Positions 11,471 through 25,819 of a stretch of 64,000 nucleotides of DNA are shown here, piece after piece. Within the stretch, counting starts at the first letter, position 1; every line of letters starts with the position of its first letter. Origin of the DNA: Octopus sinensis (taxonomy: Eukaryota); NCBI RefSeq assembly GCF_006345805.1, contig NC_043000.1, positions 134,912,001-134,976,000 on the forward strand, read 5' to 3'. Under the pieces are notes generated by a model that was not told the origin of the DNA, made no database searches, and saw nothing but the letters and a program-made list of their open reading frames with translations. Made by a program: the position numbers and the translations under genes.

Positions 11471-12044
11471 AGATACGTTTCTTTCCTGCCAAGCTTACTA
11501 TTTAAACCATGTTTGGTGTTCTCCCAGTCACAGCCTTAGCATTACTGGTACTTTCTTTAAACTCTTCTTTGCATATTTGTGTGAATAAAATCTTTTTTCT
11601 TTGGAATAGAAAAAAGTCTATCTTTATTTCTTCTTTTACTGGTGTCTCAAATTTAGGTTAAATCAGTGTTTCTCAAAGGGGAGGCCTATGGGACGATCGG
11701 ACAAGTTGTTTTGAGAAAATTTGGTTTAAATGTTTGACAACTCAGCACCGTCCATTGGACAGGGGGCGTTTTGCTCGTAATATATATAAGCAGTGAGTTG
11801 TGTCTCAGTAGTTGGTACTTGTTGGCATAAGTTAGTTGTGTGTTATTCATATGTAAGGTCAACATATATTGACACAATTTTGTCCATTTCAAAAGTAATT
11901 TCGTATCATAAAATTAATCCAATAATAAGGTTTTTAAATGTTTATAATTGAATGCATTAAATAATTTTAATGCTTACAAATATAAATTCATCTGAACTAA
12001 TTTCATTAATGTTTTCATCTTTTTACAATTATTTTCAAAATATC

Positions 12045-12422
12045 ATTCTTTACTTGTTTCAGTTGTTAGATTGCGGCCAAGCTGGGGCACCGCCTTGAAG
12101 AATTTTTTATTCGAATGAATCGCAACCCCAGTACTGATTGCTTTTTTAAAGCCTGGTACTTATTCTATTGGTCCCTTTTGCTGAGCCGCTGCTAATTTAC
12201 AGGGACGTAAACACAACCCCGGTTGTGAAGCCATGGTGAGGAACATCCTCACACACACACACACATCCTGCTTCCTTCAGTTTCCGTCTATCAAATCTAC
12301 TCACAAGGCTTTGGTCGGCCGGCCAGATTTATAGTTAAAGACACTTGCGCAAGGTGCCACGCAGTGGGACTGAACCCCGAAGCATGTGGCTGGGAAGCAA
12401 ACTTCTTATTACACAGCCACCT
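12045..12422 (-). mobile_element. SINE family A, older copy
   Basis: Same head, core and tail order as 2503-2902, more diverged. Confidence 0.85.
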
Positions 12423-12583
12423 GCGTCTTAGTTACTTTTTTTATTATATGAAATTGAAAACACCTTCCTATGGATAAAGGGCAAAATTTGTCAAAATATA
12501 ATCGATAAAAAGCAACGCCGAAGTGATAATTGTTGCAGACATTTAGATGCAATAACACGAATCGGAAAGTGAGTAAAACTGTT

Positions 12584-12638
<55 letters not shown>

Positions 12639-13029
12639 ACACACCCATACACTCACACACACACACACACACACACACAAATAAAGAGGACATACAACAA
12701 TTTTTTTCAATATGGATTTACTTTTACTCTTAAGTATAAAGAGGCCATTTAGTCTGCATTTTTTGCAACGAATACTTGGTAAGTGTGAGGTTTGAAGCCT
12801 ACTAGGGGAGACCGGGTCTAGTTGTTACACGGGTAAGTTGTTTCAAGCCCATTGTTTCCAAATTCAAGAAACAGGTGGCACTCGGGTCTCTACCTCGTGA
12901 AGGCCAACTCCATAGCATCGTGACTGCATATGTGTATTGCACTAGCGGGCTGTCACCAGGAAAGATATAGCTCAAAAATGATTTTTTACTCCAAAAGTGA
13001 AATTTTGCCACAAAGTTATTTCCTTAACT

Positions 13030-14855
13030 ACTAAAGCACAAGTAGTTTGTGGCTCATTAGGAAGTGTTGGAAGTTACCTTCGATACATGAAGGTGTGGCC
13101 TGGATACCATGCATTGCTAGTGCTGTGTATGACGTAATCCCCAGAAATCCATGGTCGGAGCTCAGCATCAAGGGATAGGTTGTAGGTGACGGTAGAGCAA
13201 AAATAGGTAAACTTCTCCACCTCTGTGGTCTCCAATATGTATGTTTGTAATGTCCGATGTATCCTGACCCATGATGTTGGTCTTCTTGAGGCTGATAACT
13301 AAGCCAAAGTTTCCACACGCTTGCTCAAAACAGTTGATGAGCCTTTGTAGGACTTCATCATCAGCAAATAGCATCTCCTTGATCAGGACGCTTCTGATTT
13401 TGGTCTTAGCACGGAGACGCGAGAGATTGAAGTTTTCCATCACTTCTACTGTGCAGAAACACTCCATCATCTGATGTCTCAAAGGCATGTGACAGCAGCA
13501 GCAGTGAGAAGATGCCAAATAATGTAGGAGCAAGGACACAATCTTGCTTTACTCCATTTTGTATTTGGAAGGCGGCTGATGTTGAACCATTGTGCTGTAT
13601 GGTGCCTTGCATATCATCATGGAAAGATTTGATGATTCCCAGCAGCTTTGGTGGACATCCGATTTTTTGGAGCAGGATGAAGAGGCCTTTTCTACTAACC
13701 AAGTCAAAGGCCTTTGTCAGATCAATGAAGGCTATATATAATGGCATTTTCTGCTCTCTGGACTTCTCCTGAAGTTGGCGTATGGAGAATATCATGTCAA
13801 TAGTTGATCTGCTTCTTCTAAAGCCACACTGCGATTCTGGATAAATTCGAGAAACAAGCAGTTTCAGCCTGGACAGGATAATGCGAGCAGAGGCCTTTCC
13901 AACAGTGCTTAGAAGAGATATTCCAAGGTAATTGTTACAATCACCACGGTCACCTTTGTTTTTGTAAAGCGTAATGATGTTAGCATCCCGCACATCCTGA
14001 GGGACTGTACCCTCTTCCCAGCACTGACACAGAAGCTCATGAATGTACCGAAGCAGGATGGCGTTTTTGCCGGTTTTGATGATCTCTAAGGGGATGTCGT
14101 CTTTTCCCGGAGCCTTGTTACTTGCTAGGGAGTCAATAGCCTTGGTGAGCCCTGCTACAGATGGCAGACTGTCAAGTTCACACATGACATGCAAGATCTT
14201 GACACCCTCGATTGCAGCCTCAGCTACCGTGTTCCTCCGTGAGTACAGATCCCGGTAGTACTCCACCCATCTATCCATTTGCTTGCTTTGGTCCTTGATG
14301 TCCTCCAGTAGTTGATTTCAGAGAGGCTGACTTGGTTGCGGTTGGACCGAGGGCCTTCTTCAAACCTGCAAAAATCCCACGGATGTTGCCACTGTCAGCA
14401 GCTGACTGGATACTCTGACAGATTTCCTGCCAATACCTATTTGCACAGCGTCTGGCAGTCAGTTGGGTTATATTACTTGCGTTTCTGAGTTCTTCGAGTA
14501 GAAGAATCACTCTTGTATTGCTTCAGACCTGCACGCTTTGTTTCGATAACTGTTTCCAGCTCTGAGAGCCCAGCACTGAACCAATCTGGGTTTTGCCTTT
14601 CTCTCATTCCGAACGTATCTATTGATGTGGTATACAAAGCTTCCCTGATATAATTCCATCTACTTTCAGCAGAGGAAGTTGCGCAGCCATTGAGGACAAC
14701 TTTGATAGAAACAGCAAAACATTGCCGCAGTGTAGGGTCCGAGGTTCTGGCAGTGTTAATGCGTGGTCGGACCGTTTTCTTGGAGTGATGGACTTTTTTT
14801 TAGGCAGAATCCTCACCCTGCTTATTATTAGTGAATGATCTGTGTCACAATCCGC
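13030..14855 (-). mobile_element. RTE-clade LINE fragment (end of APE domain plus RT), frameshifted
   Basis: Shows ADCDTDHSL (APE C-terminus). ORF 13406-14278 has KAPGKDDIP, NYLGISLLS, ESQCGFR, FIDLTKAFD and GVKQ.CVLAP, and MLFADD lies in the next frame. Confidence 0.93.
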
Positions 14856-14869
14856 GCATAGACACACAC

Positions 14870-15045
14870 ACACACACGACAGTCTATCACATAGTTTCCG
14901 TTTACCAAATTCATTCACAAGGTATTGGTGGAACCAGGGTTATAGTAGAAGACACAAGGTACACTTAAGTGTTGTGCAGTCGGATAGAATCCGAAACCAC
15001 GGAGTTTGGAAGTAAACTTCTTAACCACAGAACTATATCTGCGAC
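14870..15045 (-). mobile_element. SINE family A, 5' half
   Basis: GACAGTCTATCACATAGTTTCCGTTTACCAAATTCATTCACAAGG... is a diverged match to the head half. Confidence 0.7.
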
Positions 15046-16291
15046 TCAATGTTATCAAGAATAAGAAGAAAAAGACACCTTGATTAATTTCTTAGTCATG
15101 CCACTAATCATTCCACCACCGTCTTCTTTTAAAAAATTTAATGTCTTGACTTGTACTCGAAACTCCGAATAGCATGCTTTTTATACGCGCACGGCATAAT
15201 TCTGTAAGATTTTCCTTCATCTCTGAGCAAACCTTTCTATCAAAAATATGATAAAAAATCTATTTAACTTCTGCTTCATACAACAATAATGATATCTTCC
15301 CCCATTCTCCAGTAGGATGAGACATCAATATGGCAACGTTTAACAATATATAAATACAAATTTTACCCTACGTTAAAAAAAAAAAAAAAAAGAGTGAGAA
15401 AAAATTTGAAGCACATCCTTTCCAAACACGAGCGGATCTCTGCTCCAAAAAATTCACACTCATTACAGATGTTAATAGTTCATCATCGGCTTTTTTAAAG
15501 AAATGTTACAATCTCAACATTATAAAAACTGAAACGGAGAGAATAAATTTTTGTTTTCGAGCCTAGCAATGAACAGACAAGCTTTTTGCAAAGTAAAAAT
15601 ATGTATTTCTATACGACTGACAAATTCTCATTTACTTGGATATATTTCCACAGTATATTTCTAGCTAATCGACGTATTCCGTTATTCATTTTTTGTTTCT
15701 CCTATCGTTATAAGTACATAGCTCATTGGAATTTGCTAATGCCATATCAATCATAACGACTAAAACTTCTTTTCTGATTCTGCCATTATCATTGTTTCGT
15801 TCTTACTCCGCATATTAAGCAGTATGCTTAAGTTCTTCTCCTTGGATTAGCCACACATACTAACCTATTATCAAACATCATTTCAAACAAAAGATTAACT
15901 GCATCAAAATTATGATTAATGTTCAGGATGGCAGTATTTTGCCTCTGTTTTACTACTTAGTATTCAGATGATAAAATATAGCTTCGGTCTCTGATTTAGC
16001 CGCCTGTTTATTTGTTGCCTTGTTCATTTAAAGGCGGGTTGGTAACTGAATAGACGAGGTGTCAGAGTCATTGGCAGAACTTATTATTTAGTTCTGTTAA
16101 CCCTATAAGAAACAGACTGGCAATAAACATTTTGTCTATCATAAGTACTATGTTAAGACGAATGAATGAAAGTCAATTTAGAAAATAATAATATTTCTAC
16201 AATAATAATGCAGTTATAAGGAAAATTGATTGAAGATTTCCTTCTTAAACGTACAAATTTAGTTAAACGTGTAACTGATTGTGCAATATAA

Positions 16292-16698
16292 TCTTTTACT
16301 CTTCTACTTGTTTCAGTCATTTGACTGCGGCCATGCTGGAGCACCGCCTTTAATCGAGCAACTTGACCCCGGGACTTATTCTTTTGTAAGCCCAGTACTT
16401 ATTCTTTCGGTCTCTTTTGCCGAACCGCTAAGTAACGAGGACATAAACACACCAGCATCGGTTGTCAAGCAATGCTAGGGGAACAAACACAGACACACAA
16501 ACACACATACGCATATATATATATATATATACATATATACGACGGGCTTCTTTCAGTTTCCGTCTACCAAATCCACTCACAAGGCTTTGGTCTGCCCGAG
16601 GCTATAGCAGAAGACACTTGCCCAAGGTGCCACGCAGTGGGACTGAACCCGGAACCATGTGGTTGGTAAACAAGCTACTTACCACACAGCCACTCCTG
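16292..16698 (-). mobile_element. SINE family A, full-length copy
   Basis: Near-consensus copy of 2503-2902. Confidence 0.93.
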
Positions 16699-17099
16699 TA
16701 ATAATCGTTTTAAAGTATTTCTTGCTTTTAAAGAAATTACTTAGTGGAAAAAAAAAAAAAAAGTCAGACCCCTAATGTTGTTTTATTGGAATGCCGAATG
16801 CCTAGAGATTTTCATCGGAAACTCTTGGTCTTTGAGTCATTCTGTAACTTCTGCCGTTTAATAAAAAAAAAAATATTTACTCGTTTTGAGTTTTACTTTC
16901 CTGTTTGTTTCACCAATAATCCTTTTAATATTGAACTTAATTTTAATTTTTTATTCATAATTATTTTTTAGTATACCCCATTCTTTGTTGCTCTTGCCGT
17001 TCTGTTGGTTTATACTGAGTTGATCGCTGATTAACTCTCTAGTGTCACGTGGTCAACCGTTTATGTTTTCTCTAATCGCCTTGTATTTGTTAGAAGCTG

Positions 17100-17760
17100 G
17101 CATGCTGCTATTGTGTAGCTACAGCTAACATTCGCTTCCGGATTGCTATTTGCTTAAAGATGGGGTTTCTATTTGTATTAGGGCGGATTCTGTTATTTCT
17201 AGTCAGACTCTGTCATTTTTCTGAAGGACTGTGGATGTTGTTCTCTTAGGTTCTACTTCTCTAATTTCCATCAGTTTTGGATGAAATATGTGCCCATGTA
17301 TGGTGCGCTACGCTGGAGGTGCACATCAAGTCTGTTCTTAAAATCGTACAAGCATCTCCAATTATTGATAATTAGATGATCACATGTAATTCAATTAAAA
17401 CCCGTGTGTTGTATTTATATATGGATACTGATTAGGTTGACACATGGAGCAAGATTATTTGCACATGAGGTGGTGCTGCAGCTAGGCCTTACCATCCACA
17501 GCTAAAACAAATTAAATTACTTAAGAAAACATTTTTCCAGTCTAAACACAAACTTTGTGTGTTCAATGACACCTTCCTTTGTCAGCGAAACCTTAACTCA
17601 ATCTACTAAACGCGTATTCATTTCCAGAAGCGGGCGTCTTATTCCTACGTAACTGTAGTTTGTTGATACATTTTTGTTGTATGACGGTAGATTAAACTAA
17701 TAACGCTCATTCTTCATATTTTGTATATACACTCAGACCTATACTCATCTCATTATATCT
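17100..17760 (-). mobile_element. Highly decayed Penelope-like element (RT thumb plus GIY-YIG remnant)
   Basis: Frameshift-corrected reading gives SVISLIYR...IRRPLLE, then VLIEFTCDHLNINNIGDACTILRT (compare VYxFxC..C...YIGET.R.L.TR), then LEITESALIQIETPSL. Confidence 0.55.
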
Positions 17761-17781
17761 GTCTGAGTAAGAAACGTCTTG

Positions 17782-17881
17782 NNNNNNNNNNNNNNNNNNN
17801 NNNNNNNNNNNNNNNNNNNNNNNNNNNNNNNNNNNNNNNNNNNNNNNNNNNNNNNNNNNNNNNNNNNNNNNNNNNNNNNNN
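17782..17881. other. Assembly gap (100 N)
   Basis: Direct reading; the round size implies unknown true length. Confidence 0.99.
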
Positions 17882-18317
17882 TGTCTAGCAGGCCACTGGC
17901 CTTCTCATCGAAACCTGTGTTTCGAAATTCACAAGTCTCTTTGAGAAGATTTTCTCAGACAAAACATTACACCTAGTGCTATACCACATCCGTTTTAATC
18001 TAATGTTGTTTCAAGTATGTGCATGCATCAATTTAATTCTAGCCTGGTTAACATTTGCACAAATCATTAAATGGTTTGTTTATCGATTTCTGCATCGGAA
18101 GAAACATTTTTGACTTGGTACAAAATATCCTGAGTTTCGTTCTCTGAGGGGACCAAATAAGGTCGAAGCACTGCGTCTGGCTATACCGCCGACATTCTAA
18201 GCGAAGTCCTGTTATTTTTAAGATACAAGTCTCTATGAGAAGTTTCTCAAGACAAAATATTAGAGTTAGTATTTTTCCAAGTTTGTATGAGCACAATAAT
18301 TGTTATACACAGGAGTG

Positions 18318-18352
<35 letters not shown>

Positions 18353-18494
18353 AGTAGTTGAATGAATTATCTTATTATGGATAATTCGGTTAACTGATAC
18401 CTGGGTAGCAAATTCACGTCAGGAAAACACGGTTGAAGCTACATGCCAAGGGCAGAGATCACGTGCTTTCGCGTGGAAATTTGTGTGTTTTTTT

Positions 18495-18645
18495 AAATAC
18501 AAATAAATGAAAGAATGGAGTTGAACGACGAATTAATAAAATTCCTTTATTCTCGACATATGTTTCGAGGAATATGCAGCCTTCGAAACATATGTCGAGA
18601 ATAAAGGAATTTTGTTAATTCGTCGTTCAACTCCATTCTTTCATT

Positions 18646-18656
<11 letters not shown>
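18495..18656. repeat. Near-perfect hairpin (74-bp arms, 14-nt loop) from a PLE pLTR-like sequence
   Basis: Arms 18495-18568 and 18583-18656 have 2 mismatches. The right arm starts TCGAAACATATGTCGAGAA, the 3' half of a hammerhead. Confidence 0.9.
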
Positions 18657-18676
<20 letters not shown>

Positions 18677-19029
18677 TCAATTTGAGTTTCAGGACGCTTT
18701 ATCTTGTCTCTTGCACAAAAATGACCAAAAATCTACTTTCTCCTTACAAGTACACTTCATTAAAACTTATTATTGACTCAAATGAAGTACCCTAGAGATC
18801 AGTTACAAGAATAGTCGAGGATATGACAGGCCTTGATTACGGAGATTTGATTGAGAAGCTAAAAGTCTTCTTTACCCCAACACGGCCGAGAGCGCTGAAT
18901 GATTTGTATGATATGGAAAATATTTCAGCAGCCTTGTCCAAATGATGGTGAACCAACTTTAAAATTTCCTCAAAGTTTAGTCCACGTGTCATCCGTCCTC
19001 TACAAAAACCAGGCTTGCATCACAATCTT

Positions 19030-19270
19030 AAGACAGAGCTATTTCACCCACATGTTTAACATCATGCTAAGACGCATAAGGGGAGAAAAAGATCCCATAA
19101 CATTCAAACAGTTCCAGATAAACCACTTACTCGCGCATATATCTCTGAAAACAATAACTCATTACTCGAATGGGCTATAGTGTCCAAAGTATGTCTGTAC
19201 CGTGGAACATAATTATGTCTTTTTCCAGATGGCACTATTAAGTTAACCGTGGCCAGGGCAGCTACTGACC
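19030..19270 (+). mobile_element. CR1-type LINE 3' end remnant
   Basis: CCAGATAAACCA...TACTCGAATGG...CAGATGGCACTATTAAGTT matches the 3' end of the CR1 copy at 24470-24600. Confidence 0.7.
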
Positions 19271-19668
19271 GAAATCTAAGTACCACTACATATAGTATTT
19301 CAACCGGGTTTTAACTACATGCTTCTAATGCAAAAGAGATACCTAGGAAATTTTCCAGTGTTATTAGTAGGAGATGCGTGACACCGCACACTGCTGTACT
19401 GAGAATGGGCTTAACTTCAAAATGTCTTCTCAAGTTCTCTTCCACATTAGATATAATTAGAAAGAAAAGACACTGTAATGTTTTCTATGAGACAGAGTCG
19501 CTCAGCAAAAGATATATATGTGGTTCCCGTTTCTTCAATAGGTTGTGTGTTTTTGATTTTTACCTCTGATATTGCTATTTGCATTGGAAACGAAGAGGTG
19601 ATGAGAAATGCAGGCATAGGAAGTTTGCGTGTGTGTATGTGTATGTGGAGGGTAATTACATACATTTA

Positions 19669-19701
<33 letters not shown>

Positions 19702-20712
19702 TTTTGAATGTGTGTATGAGGCTGCACGTATTTACATTGAGAGCAAGACCTATGTGTTTAATTTTATTAACAAGTATGTAGTTATTAGATTTTAAACTTA
19801 AAGTTGCACCTTTACCAGGAAAGAGGCCTTCACGTTTTCCGTTTTATATATCGCAGTAATTATCTCAGTTTACATTTCTAACCAAAGAGAGAAAAAAAAT
19901 AAATCAACAAAAATAAATTCGGAAAGAAATCCTCGATAGAATCTACCCTCTGGTTATAATTAATTGCTGCAACAAATGCAGCTGTCCGCAGACAATGGTG
20001 GCTTTCTAATCAGACTAGTAAAAAAAAGACTGTACTGACATTTTCCACCTAGAGGTCATGCGTGCGTGTTTAAGAAGATCTAGAATGTCTAGTTCAGGGT
20101 GAAAGATCTCCAGATAATGACCGACTGAAAGGATGTTTTGAAAAGCTGGACTTGTAAAGAAATTAACATCAAGTTAATCTTAATTGTTCAATATTGTTGG
20201 AGTGTTTCGTGAATATTTTCATTGTACACTAACAAAAGCGACGACCATTTTTATCTATCCGCAGGTTATTTTTTAAAATTCCTTCCGTGCAACAAACATT
20301 TTAATTTACATACGTATTTGCATATGAAGTGTGTGGGGGGGGGCATCTGTCTTTGTATATGTGTACGTGCATGTGTGTGCGAGTGTGTGTATGTATGAGT
20401 GTAAATGTGTATGTGTAAGTGCGTGTGTGTTCTTGCACCTATATGACTGAGTATGATTAGATATATATAGGCTTTTAGAAAACGGGCATACACTTATATA
20501 GATACACACCTCTACGCATGTATGTACATGTATATGTATATATACATATGTATGTGTATGTGTATGTACATGTATATTTGTAAGTATGTATGCATGTATG
20601 TAACACCTGAATATAGTAGTGGCAGTCTTATATATATACGTACTTGCATCAATCGCTAAATTCCTCTATATCTCCCGATATATAGGTGTATATACATGTA
20701 TATTGTATATGG

Positions 20713-20761
<49 letters not shown>

Positions 20762-21309
20762 TCATCTATATATATATATATATGCATACCTATATGTACA
20801 TACATAAGCACACACTCACACATATATACACACACATAAGCATACATATATATATATACATACATGCACTTCTGTGTGAGTGTGTGTGTGTGTGTATGTA
20901 TGTGTCTCTGTGTATGTGTGATTACACCTGTATCTGTACTTCTGTTTATAAATGTATACGGACGTCTGTGTGTGTATGAATGTACGCATGATATAAGTCA
21001 ATTAAAGTATATATAATAACCCAGATTACCAATACTTTTCTATATATTTACTTGCCATGTGTATACAGATTTGTTAATTAAAAGATATTTAATAATTTAG
21101 CTATTTGTTTACATGAAATATAAAACAGAGTATCAGCAGAAGCTATAAACAAGCACTTCTAATTATACAACATTAAGGTGGGTGTAAAATAATGATGAAA
21201 ATATTCAAGACATTTTACGAAAGGATGAAAATTTCTTTTTTTTTTAAAGGACCGTCAGGAGGTGGCAGAGCGAGAGAGTAGAAAATGGGGAAGACTAGTT
21301 TTGATTGTA

Positions 21310-21655
21310 AGGTGGTGGTGGTGGTGGTTGTTGTGGTGGTGGTGGTGATGGTGGTAGTGGTGGTGGTGGTGGTGGTGGTGATGTTGATGTTGTTGTTGTT
21401 GTGGTGGTAGTGGTGGTGCTGGTGCTGGTGCTGGTGGTGCTGGTGGTGCTGGTGCTGTTGGTGCTGGTGCTGCTGGTGGTGATCGTAGTGGTGGTGGTGG
21501 TGGTGGTGGTGGTGTTGGTCGTGGTGGTGCTGGTGCTGGTGGAGCTGGTGATGGTGATCGTAGTGGTGGTGCTGGTGCTGGTGGTGGTCGTGGTGTTGGT
21601 CGTGGTGGTGCTGGTGGTTGTGTTGCCTGTGGTGGTGGTGGTGGTGGTTTTGGTG
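21310..21655. repeat. (GGT)n/(GCTGGT)n triplet repeat
   Basis: Direct reading; source of the poly-His/Gln and poly-Val ORFs. Confidence 0.95.
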
Positions 21656-21722
21656 GAGAGTAAGTAAGATTGAAATCAATACTGAGAGAGAGAAGTGGTT
21701 TATATTCCAGACAGAGATAGCT

Positions 21723-21776
<54 letters not shown>

Positions 21777-22258
21777 TAGGTGTATGATAAAAGGCGAATA
21801 AATGCGAGATTTTAAGAAAAGAAAAGAGAAAGTTTTTATGAGTTGTCAGGAGAAATAGATATAAACAAACTACGAAATGTGAGAAACTGGAAGAAAGAGT
21901 AAAGAAACAGAGAGAGAGGGGGGGGGACAGACAGCGAGAGAGAGAGAGAGAGAGAGGCGAAGATAAAAAGAGACAGAGAGGGGAAAAAGATGGAGGAAGT
22001 TGTCTTTCCTTCGTATTAGTAACTAAGAATGTCTTGGTATCGAGTTTGGTGACAAAACCTATGCAAACAATAATGGCGTAAGAGACCATTGTAATCGAGT
22101 CGAAACCATTCGTGCCTACAACAAATAGTGCCAGTCGTGTAAGCATTAAAAATCTAATTGCACTCCTCAAGACTTAAAGTCGTGACTGTACTTTGAACGT
22201 AGTAAAGTTTCTGTCACGAAAATACAAAATGGCCATATATAAATATAACTGTTATTAT

Positions 22259-22303
<45 letters not shown>

Positions 22304-22442
22304 TCTCTCTCTCTCGACTCCTATACTACCATTTGTCTGCCTTTTTCTGTATCTTTCCGTCTTTCTTTGTCTTTTTTCTCAGTTTTCGTTTTCCTCAGTT
22401 GCTTTCTTCCTTCTTTATTTCCTTCTTTTTTTCGTTCAGTCA

Positions 22443-22498
<56 letters not shown>

Positions 22499-22544
22499 CA
22501 TCATCATTATTATTATTATTATTATTATTGTTGTTGTTCTTCTT

Positions 22545-22613
<69 letters not shown>

Positions 22614-22655
22614 GTTATTATTAGTATTATCATTATTATTATTATTATTATTATT
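22443..22655. repeat. (TTA)n-(TCA)n-(TCT)n compound triplet microsatellite
   Basis: Direct reading. Confidence 0.97.
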
Positions 22656-23181
22656 TCTGTCTTTACAGTTTTCTTTCTTGTATACTTTATAATTGTTCCT
22701 TTTGTTAAACATTTTTCTTTCTCTTTTCCTCAGACTTCGCTTTACCTTCCATTTTCTTTTGCCCCAGACATTATCATTTACTCTTCTTACTCAACAAATC
22801 TGTGTTTTTTTTTTTCTAACCGGTCATGAAACGGCTCTAAACGACTGTGTTATCTTACTGGTATCGTTTTAGAAACGACCTACGTTTAAAGATTTGATAG
22901 TATACCAATATGGGATTTGAACATCGTGCAAAGGCACCACACACAAGAAATGGAAAACAATTGTCTCATGCATTTACTGACTTCCATGACAAATTATTTA
23001 CTGTAAGCTTCTGTGGTATTTACAGTTCAGATGAGGGAAGTTATAAATGCATATTTACACCACAAACTAGGACACGTGCACACACATACACACTCGCATA
23101 GACACACAGAGAATTATATATATCCATGCATGTACAAATATGTATGTATGTGAGTGTGTACCAGTGTGTGTGTGGTGTGTG

Positions 23182-23235
<54 letters not shown>

Positions 23236-23529
23236 TAAATACATACATACATACATACATACATGCATACATATTTGTGTGTGTGTGTTAAATAAAATGA
23301 GACAACAAAGCCAAGTTTTCAGGACATTTATAAAGAGAAAGTTGGTCTTACAGATGTATGTATGTATGTATTTATGTATGTATGTATGTATGTATGTATG
23401 TATGTATGTATGTATGCATGTATGTATGTATGTATGTATGTATGTATTTATGTATGTATGTATGTATGTATGTATGTATGTATGTATGTATATATGTATG
23501 TATGTATATACGTATGTATGTATGTATAT

Positions 23530-24610
23530 CCGTGAAAAACTACTACCCTGGATTGAGTATTTCCTAGAGAACAGAACACAACATGTGATCGGTGGAATCT
23601 ACTCAAGCCCAGCAAATGTTACCAGTGGTGTCCCTCAGGGTACTGTTTTGGGTCTGCTCCTCTTTACAGCCTATATAAACGACCTTTCCAGCGTCATAAA
23701 ACACAGCAAATTGAAACTATTTACTGTTGAGACTAAGCTCCAGAAAATTATCAATGAAGAAAACGGAACAGAACTCCAGTTTGATCTACATGCTGTGAGT
23801 TAATGGCAGACAAAAATAAAATGCAACTAAACGAGGGAAAATTTGAACTGATGCATTTTGGAAGAAAGACTATGCTAAAACAGCCGCACTCTCTTCCTTC
23901 AGGGGAACCACTCACAGCATCTAATAATATCAGAGACCTAGGAGTAATTGTTGATAAGAATCTCAGCTGGAGTGCCCACATCAACAATAAGGTCAATATA
24001 GCTTGTAGGATGAGCGACTGGATCCTTAGAACCTTTCTCTTACTTTGTACGGCCACACCTTGAGTACTGCTGAGGTCTCCCCATACAATACAAAACATTT
24101 TGAAAATTGAATCACCCCAAAGGTCATTCACTAAAAGAATTAGGGGCATGACTGATCTCGCTTATTGGAACTGCCTTAAAGCATTGAAACTTTATTCTCT
24201 CCAGTGCCGCCGTGAGCGATACATCCTTTTCAAGATACCACCAGCATGACCCAAACGACCTCAATATTAGCTTCAAAATTCATCCAAGGCTAGGACAATA
24301 AGCCATACGTCCCCTACCCAATTCAGGTTCACAACACATAAATACACTGCAATACAATTTCTTTTCCTCAACAGGCCCTGCCCTTTTTAGCATTGTCCCG
24401 AAACAGATCAAAAAGGAAAAGGATCCTATCACCTTTAAACGGAATCTGGACAAATTTCTACAAGGAATACCAGATAAACCACCAATACCTGGACACGATT
24501 CACTCAACAAGAACTCCCTACTCGAATGGACCATGATATCACAAAACTTGACTTAAAAAGGATTTAGTTAATCCTATCAGATGGTGCTATTAAGTTAGAC
24601 ATGGCTACAA
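23530..24610 (+). mobile_element. CR1-clade LINE 3' fragment (RT), 5'-truncated and degenerate
   Basis: Shows VTSGVPQGTVLGLLLFTAYINDL, MQLNEGKFELMHFG, RDLGVIVDKNLSWSAHIN and a later LQCRRER motif. Confidence 0.9.
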
Positions 24611-24964
24611 TTTGCTGATGCAATTTCTGCATAAGGGATTGTTGATAACAATCCAGATGCCACCTGGATTTATCAAATATATTGAGTTTCAATGCCTTAA
24701 GGCGGTCCCAATAAGCGAGATCAGTCATCCCCTTAATTCTTTTAGTGAAAGAATTCTAGGGTGATTCAATTTTCAAAATATATTGAAAGAAAGTTCCTCA
24801 ATATTTTTGGTTGTTTTGTTAATCCGGTTCCTTTTATAATTATTCTTATACCTATCTCTTTTACTTTGCATTACTCTTCCATTGTGATACAAATAAAATG
24901 AACCAAGTACTATCATATATTTTCTTCTCCATTTTCTTTTATCAACTTTATTATACATATATTC

Positions 24965-25170
24965 AATATGTGACCGCATGTGTATCGTTGGCGATTTTCT
25001 TTCACCGTCTTCCCTTCTTTGGACCTTTCTTTTCTCTATGTTTTTGACGAAAAGCTTCGCTCGAAATATGTTAAATCCTCTTTCTTTACTTTCCTGAGCG
25101 TCCAATAACATTATACTTGTTCCACGTCCACACGTTGTTGTTTTTTCTCTTTGTTCATGTTTGGATTAAC
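24965..25170 (+). mobile_element. PLE pLTR-like solo repeat (paralogue of 7236-7445)
   Basis: ATGTGACC...TGACGAAAAGCTTCGCTCGAAATATGTT...CCTGAGCGTCCAATAA...TGTTTGGATTAAC. Confidence 0.6.
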
Positions 25171-25671
25171 CATATAGTATATACATATAGAGAAATGTGC
25201 ATAGATGAATACCGATCTCATGTATACAAATGTTATTACCTATACCATTCATGTGTGGACATGATTTTTATATACATATTTTATTATTTCTGTATACACA
25301 TAGTGAAACATAAACCCGTAGACTATTACATGTGCACAAGCTCAAATTTATTTTCATACAAGTATTGATGCATTAGTCCGAACTGTTCAGATTATCTTTT
25401 TTATAACTTTGTGTCTCGCAATGACAAGAATATTACAAATTATAGTTGGCTAAAGTTCTGGCAATAAGTATTAAATTCCTATTTTAATGTTCCTAAATAA
25501 TTGAAAGTTAAATAAATGTCTCATTCGCAGACATTAACATGATAAATTGCCCTACCTTACATGCACACACACACACATACACACACGTACTTACGTATGT
25601 ATGTATGTCTGTATATACATATATATGTATATATATATATATGTATGTATTCATGTATGAATATATGTATG

Positions 25672-25737
<66 letters not shown>

Positions 25738-25761
25738 CATGTATGTATGTATTTATGTATG

Positions 25762-25798
<37 letters not shown>

Positions 25799-25819
25799 AC
25801 GTATGTATGTATATATATG

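Noticed and set aside
21215-21679. 154-aa His/Gln/Thr-rich ORF as a metal-binding protein
   Set aside because: It is almost entirely a decayed (CAC/CAG) triplet repeat with no unique domain or splice support.
21721-22240. 149-aa minus-strand ORF with a hydrophobic N-terminus
   Set aside because: Its C-terminal half is (CT)n; there is no recognisable domain or clear splice sites.
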